A DNA stretch of 64,000 bases from Marsupella aquatica (GCA_973895155.1 OZ316897.1:23039455-23103454); one strand, 5' to 3'; numbered from the stretch's first letter, positions 26,087 to 40,144 are shown. The notes: generated by a model not told the origin, from the letters alone. A program made the numbers and translations.

Positions 26087-26383
26087 CTCGGAGGTTTCAC
26101 TTCCACAAAAATGACATATTACGTGCGACGAAGGATAGGGTCATTTTATTGATTCTAAGGGAAGACTTAAGAATTTTTGTAGAAGAACAATAGGGTCTTT
26201 TAAATTCAATTTTGAGACTTATAAGAACATTAGGGTCTTTGTAATCCAATTTTTAGAATATTCCAAGAATATTCCAACTTTATAGGGGTTAAAAAATAAA
26301 AATAAATTCTTACATTTTATGGGGTCCGAGGCCTAAAAACGTCGCAGGCGATGGGGAGGTCCCCATATAGTGAGACCCCCGAG
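26087..26383. mobile_element. Non-autonomous TIR element (TIR CTCGGRGGTYTCACT), 8-bp TSD
   Basis: TSD TTCTCAAC on both sides; reverse-complement copy at 63083-63379. Confidence 0.9.
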
Positions 26384-26464
26384 TTCTCAACCAAATGGAC
26401 TAGGAGTTCATTGAATGCCACAGTGTTGTCTACAGGGTTAACAGATACAAATGCAAAGAACCAA

Positions 26465-26792
26465 CTCGGGGGGGTCACTATATGGAGGGTCATACATCGC
26501 GTGCGACGTTTTAGGGTTTGACCCCCCTAACTTTAAAGTGAAAAATATTTTTTTGCAAAGCCCTTTCTTTCTTAAAATTTTGTCATTTTTTATTAAAAAA
26601 CCCCTAAAAACTTTATAGAAAGTATTTTTTGCAATTAAATAGGCCTATGTGTTCTTTAAAGTCGACCAATCAATAAAACATGCCCTATGTGTTCTTCCAC
26701 CAAACTTTGGAAGTCTTCCGCCACACCCATTTAAATGGGCCTATACTTCGTCGCACGTGATGTGTCACTTCCGTGGAAGTGACCCCCCCGAG
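26465..26792. mobile_element. Related TIR element (TIR CTCGGGGGGGTCACT), 8-bp TSD
   Basis: TSD AGAACCAA on both sides; subterminal motifs shared with 26087-26383 (CATCGC.TGCGACGTTTTAGG, CTTCGTCGCACGT). Confidence 0.9.
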
Positions 26793-27532
26793 AGAACCAA
26801 ACGACGTATTTGTATTGCCTCACACGATTCCCCTCTTTTTCAAATTGTTCTGCAGCATGTATGCCTTAGGACATCTCTCATGTCGGATCTGGTAGCATGT
26901 AGCCACCGTAGTAGAGCAACAACTCACCTTGACATTAACGGGATGGAGAACAACCTGCCATTAGAGAAGTTCACAATAAAAATCTGAACAATGGGGCAAC
27001 AGCATATTAACATAGAACAATAGAATTACCAACTACATCAATCATGATCAGCTATGGCAGTAACACCAACTGGGAATTGAATGTCTAAGAAAGATTTCAA
27101 CACCAGAAAACACATGTCACCGATAGTTAGGAAGAAAAGCAAGAGATAACAATAGCGGAGCAAGAAAGCAATGGCCTAAACATGTCACCTACAGCATGCC
27201 GCAGAACTTAAGTAAGGGCATGCATGCAACATTGCCTTGGCTCTATTCTTGCTCCCACTAGTGCTGGACCAAATGTGCTTACAAAGACCCATATACCCCC
27301 AACCCTCAAACCCTCACCCTAACCCATTTATTTACAGTAGGCTAGGGGATTCACATACTTTAGCATAAATAAATCAAAAACATGTAATATGAATACATGT
27401 TGCAGGATAAGATTGAGTTGGGCACGTCTACCTATGATTTGTTGCCCCGTGTCCTGTCCTATTAATTCAGCCCAATAACAAACTATGCAAAATTACTTAT
27501 AATGTGTACCCAGGCCATAATATCATATTCTA

Positions 27533-27827
27533 GTCAGTATTAACTCGTATATGGGTTCCCATTGCTATGTGGTCGCTATTGGCTAGCCTTAATCCGTCAC
27601 CGGCCCCCCTTCCCCTTTCCCACAGGTTTTCCTGAGTAAAATTGAGGCCAGAAAGTGTCGAGTTTTTGTGAGGGGAGTGTGGAGCAAAAAAAAGTATTTT
27701 GCCTATCCCGGACCCACGACTGTGCCCTGCAACAAAGAAGGGGGGCTGAGGAGTGACGGCGGGTTAAGGCTAGCCAACAGTGAGTTGCCACATGGCAATG
27801 GAAACCTGTATATGAGTTAATATTGAC
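27533..27827. repeat. Fold-back element with ~80-90-bp imperfect inverted arms
   Basis: GTCAGTATTAACTCGTATATGGGTTCCCATTGC...TTGGCTAGCCTTAA pairs with TTAAGGCTAGCCAA...GCAATGGAAACCTGTATATGAGTTAATATTGAC. Confidence 0.8.
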
Positions 27828-29182
27828 CCAATACAAAACGGGGGGCGGGTTGATAATTAATTTTGTTTGGGGGGCACGTTAGTAACATTGGATAGTTAGG
27901 GGGACAGGTTACACTGGTAAAAAGCTGAAACACTTAAATCAAAACAAACATACATGTCACCATGTTCATCGTCCATCTTCAATGCAAACATAGCACATGA
28001 GATTTACTAGGTTGCCATTATATTTTGTCTAAGTAGATATGTTGCCACTCTTTTTAGTTCAACTAGTACTTGACATTCTCCACCATGGGTTAGACAAACC
28101 AATTTGAGACGCACTACATTGACACCTTTCTTTAGTTTAATTACTACTTTGTCATTTTTCCCATTTTTGTGTGAGCAAAGTAACTCTAGGTAGCTTGAAA
28201 CAATCTGACTATCAACATAGAACCAGGCTTCACCATCAGATAGTCATACATGTCCTCTGCCTTAACCACCACACTCCCATGTCTCTTAGTTTGCCCCTGC
28301 CCCTTCTGGTTGGCTGTCCCATATCCCCATCCCCCAGTTGAGGGTGGGCAAGCATGTTAAGATTGAGTTGAGGAGGATGACAACCATCCCTTGTTGAAAT
28401 TTGGCAGTTGGATGATTCCAATCTAACTGGAATTAATTTTGCTTGAACAGCAATGGAAAAAATGGCATCCTACCGTAGTAATCAAAACTAAAAGGAATGA
28501 CAAAGTATGTAATCCAACAAAGAAGAGTCTCAAATGCAATTAATCTCACGTTTTCATATTCAATAAGGAGTAGCAAGTTTGGATATAACCATGGGGTAAT
28601 CTGGTTATGATTGCCATAGAAAATTACTCTTCAAGGCCTGTGGTCTAGAGAGAAGCCTCTAGACCATGAAGGAAAGGGGGGGGGGGGGGGGCGGTTAACT
28701 CAAATTGGAGATGCGAGTGGAAGACTAGGATGAATCTCTGAAAATGGTACGGCTCACGGCTGGCTTGAATGCAGTCACATTTATTTAAGTTCAAAGAAAC
28801 TACAGTAGAAAGGGCACCCGGTCTAGTAATGAAAGTCATGATTTAAAGACCCTGAAAAGCTGGCCCAGCTCCTACTGTGCCTGTCTCGGACTGTAGTTAG
28901 TAGTAGTATACGGTTCCTACAGTCCGCAGTATAACAGTATGATTGACACGCTTACCGTACCCGTACTCGGTCGGGAGGGCTCCAAGGAGCGAATAGCGAA
29001 GGGCGAGGGGGACGTGTCCCAGTTAAGAGCCAAAGAGTGATGGAAGAAATCTTTGCCACCGTATCAGAGCAGAAGCGAACTTTACACTTGGGGCACTGTT
29101 GCACTCTGCGCGACACTGGACGTGATATTTTGTCGCCTCCTCGTTGGCTACCGTTCGTACTGTCACATGCCGGACGGGCCCT

Positions 29183-29191
29183 CCACGTGGC
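29183..29191. promoter_or_regulatory. G-box (CCACGTGGC) in the SPA promoter, with ACGT elements near 29012 and 29119
   Basis: Canonical bZIP/PIF-type light element ~500 bp upstream of the SPA ATG, ahead of a pyrimidine/TTCA-rich leader. Confidence 0.5.
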
Positions 29192-29680
29192 CTGGCGGGG
29201 CGTTACTCCAATGACGATGAATCTTCCACAAGTTGCCACTTTTGCTCATATATCCGCCCACAGACGGCTGCAACGAGTGATCAGCAGCGCATCTCTCGCC
29301 TAATCGCCCCGCTCGCATCCCTCCCTCTCGTTCATTCGTTCGTTCGTTCATTCATTCGTTCCTTGCGCGTTCATTCTTCTTCCCTTCATTCATTCATTCA
29401 CTCACGCACAAGTCATCTCTTGATCTCTTCCGCTGCCTGCCTTCCTGCCTGCCTGTCCCCCGCGATCCGCGTCGTGACTGAACGACCCACCCTCCGACCG
29501 TCCTCGTGTGTCGTTCTCCGCCCACCGCTCGTTTCGTGTGCCTTGTGCTCATGGATAGCCTCGTCAATTCCTGCTGCTGCTGCTGCTGCGGAGTACGTTC
29601 TCCGATGGGTGGGGTTTGTTTTGCCGTCTGTGTAACGAGCGTGGGCGTGCCAGCCCTGGGCTTTCACTTGTTCGCCCTCG

Positions 29681-32600
29681 ATGACCAGCTGCCGTTCCCT
29701 TAATGTGGCCAATTCGGCCCTCTCGGGAATTTCAGACTCGGGGCTGAGGCCTTCGTCGGCAGCAGAGGTAGGAGCAGAGGTTGCAGCACGCCTTCCACGA
29801 GTGAAGGACGGCGTTGTGAAGCGCGCTGTGCTGCATGCTATGAATAATGGAGGGAGTGAGACCAGTGAAGGGAATTCTCACTCAGAAATGACATTGAGGC
29901 AATGGATCCGCAGGCCGGAAGGAGCGGTTGACCGTGTGGAGAGCTTGCATATATTTCGACAGATTCTGGATTTTGTGGAGCTCGCGCACGCGCAAGGGGT
30001 AATTTTGCGTAACATTCGCCCTTCCTGTTTCATTCTCTCCCCTTTCAACCGTGTGGCTTTCATAGATTCTGCCGGAACGCGCTCCAGCTCCGATCGCTCC
30101 TCCGAACGCTCAACTGGGAGAGCTTCTGGTCCCCCGCTGCGAAGGGATGGATGGCGAGACGAGGTGACTCCTCAGTCGTATCCACCCGAAACTACCAGCC
30201 AGCGTCGGCAAGGCTTGGGGGCTGGCGTAGGAGGAGAAAGCAGCCGGCGATCGTTCTGGTCCACCGCTCCTGATACCAATACCAGAACGAATGGGCAGAG
30301 GCGTGAACGTCATGGTGCGGGGTTGGAGCAAACCGCTGCAGGAGCAGCATTTGAGAGGAGAGAGGGGAGGACGGGAGATTCGTCTCGAGTCGGGACAGGG
30401 TCCGAAGTTATCATCCAGTCTTGGGGAGGATCAAGTACCGCAAGATGGGCTCAAGAATGTAGTGGAAGTTCTGAGTCGGAGTTGTCCGCTGACGGAAGGG
30501 CGACCAGCTCCTCGATCGGGGCGCGCTCGGCGCAAGTAGGGGTACAATCCGAGGCGATTGAAGACACTGGCGTGAGGAGTAGTTCGCAAGAAGATTCACC
30601 TAGCGAAGAGTCCTCACAGGATGAGAGGTTTCCCCAGAAGCATGCATTAATGTTGGAGCAGACGTGGTATGCAAGTCCAGAGGAGGTTACGGGAGGGACG
30701 GGTTCCTATGCAGCTGATATATATTGCTTAGGAGTACTGTTCTTCGAGGTATTTACTCTTGAGATGTTTCGTCAACTACCAGTTTGAGTTGGAATGGGGA
30801 TGAAGTGGCTCCGAAAAAATTCGTGCAGTTGGCGGTTGCTTCTGCTGTAGTCTTTTGTTCATGTAGTAATTCGCTAGGCGAGGTATTTGGGGGAAGGTTT
30901 TAGCAGGAAAAACATTTCCGTAACTATGCTGTTCTTATGTGCTGCCAGCTATTTTCTATTTTTAAAACAGAGGCAGAGCGTGTGAGAGCTATGTCAGACC
31001 TTCGTCATCGTATTCTTCCGCCTCGTCTTCTCTCAGAATGCCCGAAGGAAGCGGCCTTCTGTTTGTGGCTGTTGCATCCGGAGCCAAGTTCAAGACCGAA
31101 GGCGAGGTCTGTAGCCCTCTGTATGATGATGACGATATTCTTTTCGCTTACAGAGCCTCATAAGGGCTTCATGTTGGTATCGGAATGGTATGCTCTTGGA
31201 TTCAGGGTATCTTCGGATTTGATTCGTGAATATCAGTAAATGGTATGAAATATATATTTTCTGTTTGGTTTATGATCTGCAGGGGTGTCCTTCAGAGTGA
31301 GCTACTGAGTGAGGCCGGAGAGGCTTTAGCCGAGAGACAGGCTGCTGTCAGCCTCGAGGAACAAGCCGCAGAGTCAGACCTGCTGTTAGACTTTTTGTTA
31401 CGCATGCAGCATCAAAAACAGGATGCGGCCCTTAAGCTGAAGCAAGACGTTGCGCGGCTCACATCTGACGTAGGGGAGGTAGAGAGGAGGAGGTCGCTAC
31501 TAAAGAGGAAAGGGAACCCTTTGAGATTACCGGATGTAGATGATAGATTCCGCAGCGTTGGTTTTAACAAGGACGCCCGCTTAATGGCCCCAATGCTCAA
31601 CGCGGGGCGTTGGGGAAGCGGGCTTGGCAGTCGAGAAGATAGGAGGTCAGGGTTATTGGGGAAAAGGTTGCGGGAGGAAGGAATTCCCGGCGAATTCAGG
31701 GGCGAGGTTGGCAGGTCTGCCGTCGGTCCGAGCAGGGTGAATGGTGACACATCTTCCAAGAGTGCTCGGCTCATGAACAACTTCACTGCCTTGGAGAAAG
31801 TATATTTTTCTATGAGATGGAAGGTTGGTCCGCCTGGTACAGAACCGGCTAGAATTCCCTCGGCCCATGCGAGCAAAGCTGGAGCCTCTTCGAGTGTTGG
31901 TGGTACTGGTAGCAATGTACTAGGCAATTCCCAAGGTCTGCGCGGCAAAGGCAGAGAGGATGATTGGTTGGGCTGCTTCTTCGACAGTCTGTGTAAGTAT
32001 GCACGATACAGCCAATTTGAGGTGAAGGCTACATTGAGACACGGGGATCTCCTGAATACAGCAAACATGGTCTGTTCACTCAGTTTTGACCGGGATGAGG
32101 AGTATTTCGCAACGGCTGGTGTCTGCAAGAGAATAAAAATCTTTGAGTGCGATTCTGTGTTGAACGAGCATGTGGACATCCATTACCCAGTGGTAGAAAT
32201 GACAAGCCGGTCAAAGCTCAGCAGCGTTGTTTGGAATAGTTACATAAAGGGCCATATTGCTTCAAGTGATTATGATGGGATCGTACAGGTGGGTGCCCGT
32301 TTTGTAGTTCATTCCTCCCTCATCAGTGATTTGCACTTCTTTCTGTCACGCTCTCCAGTTCACTAGTCATCCAGGTTATAGTACTTGGCGATGGTCCTAG
32401 ACGTCAATCAGTGTTGGTGACGTCAACGAGACAGCTTTACTGGTAACATTGAGATGTGGTGTTGTTGTGCGACTATTCTTGTTGTATGGGAAAATAATAC
32501 ACGCATATCGCGTTCACTATATATGTTTTCGTCCAAATCGATTCTGTATCCGTTCTGTATTCGTTTTGGTTGATAATGTGGATTCGGTCTTACCTGGTCT

Positions 32601-34149
32601 ACGGGCGTTTTGCAGCTTTGGGATGCTAGCACCAGCCAAACTTTGATGCAATATGAAGAGCATGACAAGCGGGCATGGTCTGTTGATTTCTCTCGAGCCG
32701 ATCCTACAAAGCTTGCAAGTGGGAGTGATGACTGTTGTGTGAAGCTGTGGAGCATAAACCAGGTGAATATGTAGTTGCATACTTTTGAAGTCCGATCTCT
32801 CAATGAGTAAGCATTGTACCACTGCCTCAAAAACTTGTCTTTTGTTTCCTGTAGTGATTGATTCATCTTCATGGGTTCTAACTTGCTGTCTACTGGGTGC
32901 AGGAAAATAGCATTGGTACAATTAAGACAAGGGCAAATGTCTGCTGTGTGCAATTCCCTCCTGACTCTTCGCATCTCCTCGTCTTCGGGTCGGCTGACTT
33001 CAAAGTATATTGTTACGATTTGCGAAATACACTGATGCCTTTGTGTGTGCTCGCAAGCCATAGCAAGGCAGTGAGTTATGTGAAGTTTGTGGACCCTGTC
33101 ACCCTTGTCTCTGCTTCAACAGATAATACACTCAAACTATGGGATCTTACTCAGGCTAGTGTAAATCAAGGTGTCAATACTGAATGCTCATTGACATACA
33201 CAGGACACTTGAACGAGAAGGTAAGCTCTACATTGATGCTCATGGATTGTACTGCGGCTTCTGTGTATTCTTTAGATGAAAGTTATGTGCGTTCGCGGCA
33301 GAAAGTTTGCCCTCTGTTCTCAATGTATTTTTGATGACCTTCTGAAGTACTTTAATGCTCTTAGTAGGACTGACAAGTTTATGATGTCTGATGTGAGTTC
33401 CTTTTAGAATGGAGATATGTGTGTCCTGGGTTTCCTTTCTGTGTTGTAATGTCTGTTCTCTTTAAAGCGTCGGCGTTTTTGGAGACTCTTGGCTGAGGGA
33501 GGACATGTTGATCCATACCGCATATTTGAGTAGGACGAACCTCTGAGTTCTCTTCAAGTTCCTAGTATTTAATCATGAAAGTTATGTTCTGACGAAACTT
33601 CGATGGATTTTGTTGCCAGAATTTTGTTGGATTGTCGGTTGCTGATGGTTATATAGCCTGTGGCTCGGAGAAGAATTCGGTAAGTGTGACAAACACGCTT
33701 GAAGCAAGTTCGTGTTACAATAGTTTCTGTGTCTACACCGAGTTTGCAATCCTTGTGAATTTGACTGGCTAGACCGTTAAATCATATTCCATTTTGGTCA
33801 TCGCGAATGCCTTCGATTTGGCGAGGGACGGTTATGATTTTAGTTATTTCTAATTCTCATGCTCATTTTCCACTTTGGTCATCGCGGATGCCTTTGATTT
33901 GGCGAAGGACGTTTATGGTTTGAGTTATTCCTAATTCTCATGCATTTGCAATGGCAGGTCTTTGCGTATCACAAGTCGCTACCTATGCCGATGGCGTCAC
34001 ACAAATTTGGGTGCGTGGATCCTATCACTGGCCAAGAAACTGAAGACGACAATGGGCAGTTTGTGTCCAGTGTCTGCTGGAGGGGGAAATCTCAGACGTT
34101 GGTCGCTGCCAATTCCATGGGGAATATAAAGGTTCTGGAAATGGTGTGA
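29681..34149 (+). CDS. SPA: SUPPRESSOR OF PHYA-105 family protein (kinase-like, coiled-coil, WD40)
   Basis: Exons ~29681-30748, 30949-31106, 31283-32288, 32616-32763, 32903-33220, 33621-33679 and 33958-34149. Motifs [83 protein letters not shown] and FVSSVCWR...GNIKVLEMV. Alternative start is ATG 29840. Confidence 0.96.
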
Positions 34150-35370
34150 ATCCCATGTATTTATAGAGCGTTTCTCTCAAGCACAGAGCGTCCACATCTC
34201 AGACAGATGTTCTCAGTTGATGGACTTTCGACGATGGTTCTATCTCTCTTCACGACACATCAAAACAAGGAATTGTAACCCACTTGGAAATGGACCGATG
34301 GAAGACAAAAAACGTAACAAATCTCTGCTGGCATGTGGGCCCAGGCTTCACAGGTAGGAGGTTATACGTTTCATACCCATCAGCTTGTTGTGGACTGCCG
34401 TATGATATGTGAAAGAAGAAGAGTTCACAGCTTTGAAGGTCAGTTTACCCGTCAGCTTAGTGGAATGCCATCTAATTTCGAAGTACTTATTCTAGGGTGG
34501 AGTGCTGAAGAAGGGAGAGTAGTGCACCATGTCTGCAGTGAAAATGCTAACTGCAGCGAGGGGGGAGTAGTTGCCATTCCCATGGTTACAAAATTTAATC
34601 ACGAATGGGCCATGTACTTTATTTTGGTAGCAATAGTTGTAGGCATACGGCTCTTAAATTTGATTCCATGATTTATTTCTGTCAAAGGATCAGTATCACT
34701 TGCAACCCATGAGTTGTATTTTTGGAGACGGTAAATGGTTTTGGGGGTTCTTGGATTCTAAAACCCTCATTCAAGGATGAAGGCTAATGTATGATCATTC
34801 AAGAATGATGTCCAATAGATTAAGAGGTTTCTAGAAGGGAAGAAGCACTCGTATGCTACCATGGTTTCGAAGTGGAAGTCCGCATTGGAATGCTTCAGCC
34901 AAACGAGTTTTATTGTAGTGGCTGATCAAATTAATCCAGACAGTGAGGGGCACAACCCACCGTTAGCTTTGGTGGCCCATGTCGGTACATCGCACAAGTT
35001 CTCTGATGGTGATGTTAGGCTGTTTACTTGGCAGTTCTTGGTCTCCTTGGTTTGATATGGATTTTGGAGTCAGGGTTCGAAGGTGTGCTCCCTAGAGTGC
35101 ACTCAACATCCAGATGTGGTGCTTTATGACATGTAACTCGAACAGGAACCGAACAATTGAGAGAAAACTGTTTACAAGTCTGTTTTTCTAGGTTCTTTAC
35201 AGGTCATTTCGATTCTGTCATCAAAATTCAATCAAAGTTGGAGTAACGTTTTCTGAGTACATCAGAAGTGGGACCAAATCGAGCCTCAATCGAGCCTATC
35301 TAGTTGGACCTCCTATTCCGGGGAGTGCCCATGATCCTGAGACACTACAGCCACGAGGATAGAACCTGGC

Positions 35371-35645
35371 TAGGTTCCATGGGGCTGGGAGAGAGGGGTA
35401 CAGACATGCCATATGTGTCAGAATGTTTAGGCTAATAAGATCGTAGCTTTCCCAGTAAGGGTGTCCAAATACTCTAGTGGAGAGGGATTCCCACTCCCTC
35501 TTAACTTCACGGGTACCCGTGCCCCTGTATAGTAAGAGTACAGGGCATTCTCGTTTGCTCCTTAAAGTCAAAACTCGTACATTTAAAATACTGTGTATAC
35601 CTGCATAGGACTCACGTGGGCCCGGGGGATTGTCAGAGGGAGTGA
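35371..35645 (-). mobile_element. Truncated reverse copy of the 2941-3227 MITE
   Basis: Aligns to the reverse complement (CCCCTGTATAGTAA, TTTAAAATACTGTGT, TGTCAGAGGGAGTG); followed by a ~56-bp tandem duplication at 35640-35747. Confidence 0.75.
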
Positions 35646-38338
35646 AAAAGCATTCTATATAAGAGCATGTAAGCAAACACTTTCGAGCTAGACGGAGTGA
35701 AAAAGCATTCTATATAAGAGCATGTAAGCAAAAACTTTTCGAGCTAGGTTGAGAAAGAACACCTTTAGCCTGTTTTCTAAGATATCTTTTTTTTTCTTCT
35801 TTTTTTCCCAGAAACGGGACAACCCCGGGAACAACTTTATTCAAAGGAAGCCCATATCCAAAAAGGAAACCATCAAACCGAAGAGGCGATTCCTGCTGTC
35901 CCGCTACGATCATCAAAACCACGAGCCATCGCCACCACCACAGCAGTTGGCACCGGGAGCAAACCAGAGCAGACAATTCAACCGGACTCCGCCGTGCATT
36001 CAGCCCGGCACCCCAGTACCAAAGGACATAAGGAGAGCAAAGGGTGCCCCGCGCAACCCATCTGTGGAAGCCGCTCAGAATCCAGATTCAAGGCCAGGCA
36101 GCAAGGGGACGAGAATGTCCGCACCCAAGAGAAAGCATGGCTAGGAGTGATGAGCACGATAAGATAAGAATTCCCGTAAGTTCTCGAAAAAACCTTGATA
36201 ATTAGGCCTCCAGCCACAGATACAACAGCTGCCAGCACATCCTGGGGAAGGGCTCAGACTATACATCAGGGTACGAAGAGTCGAGTCGAGTCACAAGAGC
36301 AGAGAGCAGCAACCCGGGAGGAGAGCCCGAACACCAGGAGGAAGAGAAGGAAATCAAGGGATTGGAGAGGATCGGAGAGGGTTGCATCAGAATCGCAACA
36401 GAAGGAGGTCCATCACCATCAGAGTCCATCCGATCCAGAATCCGTATGAGAAGGTTACTAGGAGCGCAGGGCGCGCCGAGTCACATGGAAAGGACATCCC
36501 CAGGCGAACCAGGAGCAGACAAGGTCGGGCCAGAAGTGAGGAGCCAGCAAGTATCCAAGACAGATCCGGCGAGCGCGTCCTGGAAAATGCATAGATTGGC
36601 GAATCTTAGTCAAATCAATATGACAAAATGGAGCATCCCGAGAGAGTTCTAATGAAGTAACTAAATTGCATTGTTACGTAGATTGCTATAAGAGCTAGCC
36701 AATAGACAATATCCAGTCGAAGACCTCCCAAGTTGATACCTTGATCAGATACATCGGCGAAGGATAAGCGAGCAATGGTGAACGATAACCGAGGAAAAGG
36801 AGAAGAAGATGATTCTAGTCTGCCGAATAAGTAGAGTAATCCTGGAATGGTGTGGTAGAATAAATTGAGCATGAGGAGAGGAGGCGTGAGCGCGAGGCTG
36901 CCCACAACCGTCCTTTCCAAAAAAACAAGGAGTGGAGAAGAGGCCCGATCAAACACAATGACGTCCAGACCGCCAGCCAACACCGAGGAGGGGGTCCCTC
37001 AGCGAAAAGGAGCCGGCAGAAGATGCCATCCAACCGATAGCTAGGGTGAGAGAATGGACAATGGAAAGGAGAAAGACAGTACTGGGACGCCTGCCAAACA
37101 AAACCAGAATCCTGCACTCCCCATCTTGTGTTAAGTGCAACAGAATCAATAATGGATGAATCAATCAATTTGAATGCAAGACAGCTTCTGAGAGTGAGGG
37201 GGAATGGATGGTCCTCCAGGCCTTTCCAGTGCCATTGTGATGCGATAAAAGATCGATCCCACTCTGAAGAAGCACAATAAAGTTGGATAAAAATTGTATA
37301 GAGATAACTCCCACGCCGCGCACGCGAGCAATCCTGCAAGAAAAGTCAATCCAATCCCCCAAAACCCTGTCCCAAAGGTCCTGAACATAAGATAGGTTAA
37401 TACGGGAGCAGGCACGGAGAAGGTCAGGAATAGCAGAGGCAGGAAAGTCATAGGAGTGGAGAGAGATGAGAAGAAGATCTGCAATGGACCACCTAGCAGG
37501 AATGGCTTGGGAATCAGAACTCCAACGAAGGTAAGGCCTGAATTGAGTCCAAGCCTTCCAGAGCCCTGCCGTATAGTTCATTCCTCTAAAGCTCGTTGGA
37601 GTGGAAAACAAAAAACGATCCATAGTAGAGTAACCGGAGAGACGCAGAGAAACCAAGTTATTCCAGTCTGCTAGCTTAAGGTTCGCCAAAAAAAGGATCG
37701 CCCACTCAGACCTTGGGTCCGTCAGCATCCGGGTTGCCCACCGGGCAAGCAGAGCAGATGCCTGCGTTTCTATGTCCTTAAAGACTAGTCCTCCATTCTG
37801 TTTCAGCCCACACATCGGAGCCCAGGAAACCAATGGGGTTTTTCTCTCTCCGTTGCGATTGAATCCCCATAAGATGTCCTTACAGATTTTTTGGATCAGT
37901 TCAGAGATACCACCTGCAAGGAAGGTGTACATCATATGGTACACCATCATCGAAAGCAAAACATGTTTGATAAGGATCACTCTACCCGTGAAGGAAAAGT
38001 TCTTGTTGGACCAACTCAAAATTTTCTTATTTAGCTTCATGATGCAGAATTCCTGAAATTGTTGTTTAGACAGGTTCTGGCCCAACGGGGCGCCCAGGTA
38101 GCTCGTGAGATGACCTTTAGAAATAATAACACATTTTGAGTCAATTAGCCATTGCAGAATCCCTTCCATGCAAAAGGTTAGAATTTCAGTTTTCTTAAAA
38201 TTCAGCCGAGCCCCGGCAGCCAGTTCATATAATTCCATCTTATGTTTTAATTGAAGGAAGCAATGTTCCTGAGCAGGAGTGAAGACGCCCAGGTCATCTA
38301 CAAAGAAACGGTGAAAGATAGTTGGTCGTTGTTAACTT

Positions 38339-38821
38339 TGTCACCCCAACAGCATTTGAGTTGCAACTTTATTGGTTGCATATGTGTTGTGAGTTTGGGA
38401 GGGTGACCTGACATAGCAGGTCACCTGGTAGGGGTGACCTTTTCACCCAGGTTACCATGCCTTTGTGTCATGGGGGTATACCTTGGAGAATGAGGGATTA
38501 GCTCCTCATTCTTCCAAGTTGAGCCTCCCGACACTAGTAGAGCTCATGTGAGTGTGGCTATGGTGAGAGAGAGAGAGTGTATGCCGGTTGGCATGTAGAG
38601 CGACATTGGCAGGGTTCTGCTATGTGTATAGACTTGGAATCCCGCATGGCTAGCGGGTGAGTTTGGCTCGACTTAGTGATACCTTGCAGCGGGGTCCCAT
38701 TTCGCAAGAGATTTGTTATGGATTTTGGCGTACATGTGTTGTGTGTCGTGTGATTATTTGTTTTCTTGTTTACATGGTGTGCTGCGATGTGAGTTGTGTA
38801 TGGATGTGTGTCCGCACGACA
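38339..38821. mobile_element. Solo LTR inserted in the LINE RT region
   Basis: TGTCA...CGACA termini and 4-bp TSD ACTT; removing it restores GIKVNND just before FFVDD. Confidence 0.8.
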
Positions 38822-40144
38822 ACTTTAATGCCGTGCACTTCACCTGCAGAGAGCGCTGCATCAAAATAGGCCATTAGAGGCTACGTGGAGAGTGCGAAGA
38901 TGAGAGGGGTGAGGGGGCAGCCTTGGCGGACGCCTCTCATCAAAAGGATAGGTTCGGTGAACATTCCATTCACGTGAACCTTAACGGATGCTTGGTGCAT
39001 CAGGCCCATAATATTCCGAGTGAATGTAGGACTGAGACCTAAGGTTAGCAGGGTTTCCCTGATATACTGATGATTGACCCGATTGAAAGCCTTAGCAAAG
39101 TCCATTTTCAGAAAAATAGCAGGAACATTGTTAGTGATCAGCCAGTCGCACGTTAGCCATGCCATTGAGATGTTATCCAAAATCTGTCATCCAGGAATGA
39201 ACCCTGTTTGATGGACATTAACCATTTTAGGGAGAATGCGACAAAGCTGAATGGCAATCAACTTTGCAACAATCTTATAAGCAATGTTAAGAAGTGTAAT
39301 CGGCCTCCAATTAGTGAGCAAGGATCTATCATGGGATTTGGGGACCAGCTTAATGACTCCCTCAAGAAAACCCAGGATCATGATGCCGTCATTCCAGAAG
39401 GAAAGGATCATGTCTAGAAAGGCTGGGGCAATAAACTCCCAACAAGCCAAAAAAAACCTCAACCGTCAACCCGTCAATTCCGGGGGCTTTGTGTTTTTGA
39501 AGTTGTTTAGCTGCGGATAAGAGTTCAAGGCCTGAGGGGGCCGCATCTAAATGAGAGGACTCATCAAATGATAGGCGTGAGCTAGAGAGACGAAGGATTT
39601 CCTTCGTGGAAGATATGTTCTGAGATGATTCCGGCGCATCCGGAGAGTATAGTAATTCCCTACCTCCCTCAAAACCACCTCCCTATCAAATGATATGGAG
39701 CCGTCATTTAACCTGAGGTGGGGGATGGAGGCACGCTGCTGCTGTATTTGGACGATGTTAAAAAAGAATTTAGTAGATGCATCCCCAATTCCAAGCCACC
39801 TAATTCTGGACTTCCTCCGCATCTCAATGGCTTCCGAGAATTCAAAGTCGCGAAGTTCAGTTTTTGCGATACGTAGGTCAGACAGACAATTCTCCGAACA
39901 GAGGGGGTCAGCCGCAGAATGCAAGGAATATACTCTTGATCTCTGAGGTCACTCTCATATGTCTGTTTGTCGCTTTTTTTATTGTATAGCCATCAGCTGA
40001 TGGCGGAGCCGCTTGCTTGCAAGAAGAAAGGTAACCTTCGGATCCCCACAACGGGAGGATGAGTCTAACCATGCTCTCTTCAGTTGGACCATGTTTTCTG
40101 CATTTCTCAGAACCCAAGGGTTGGCCTTAAAGTGGAGAATTTAC

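Noticed and set aside
31412-32179. 255-aa minus-strand ORF
   Set aside because: Antisense shadow of SPA exon 3 with no independent motifs.
33790-33942. Short tandem duplications (SPA last intron; also 12171-12210, 43630-43790, 44866-45035)
   Set aside because: Ordinary local duplications with no sign of function.
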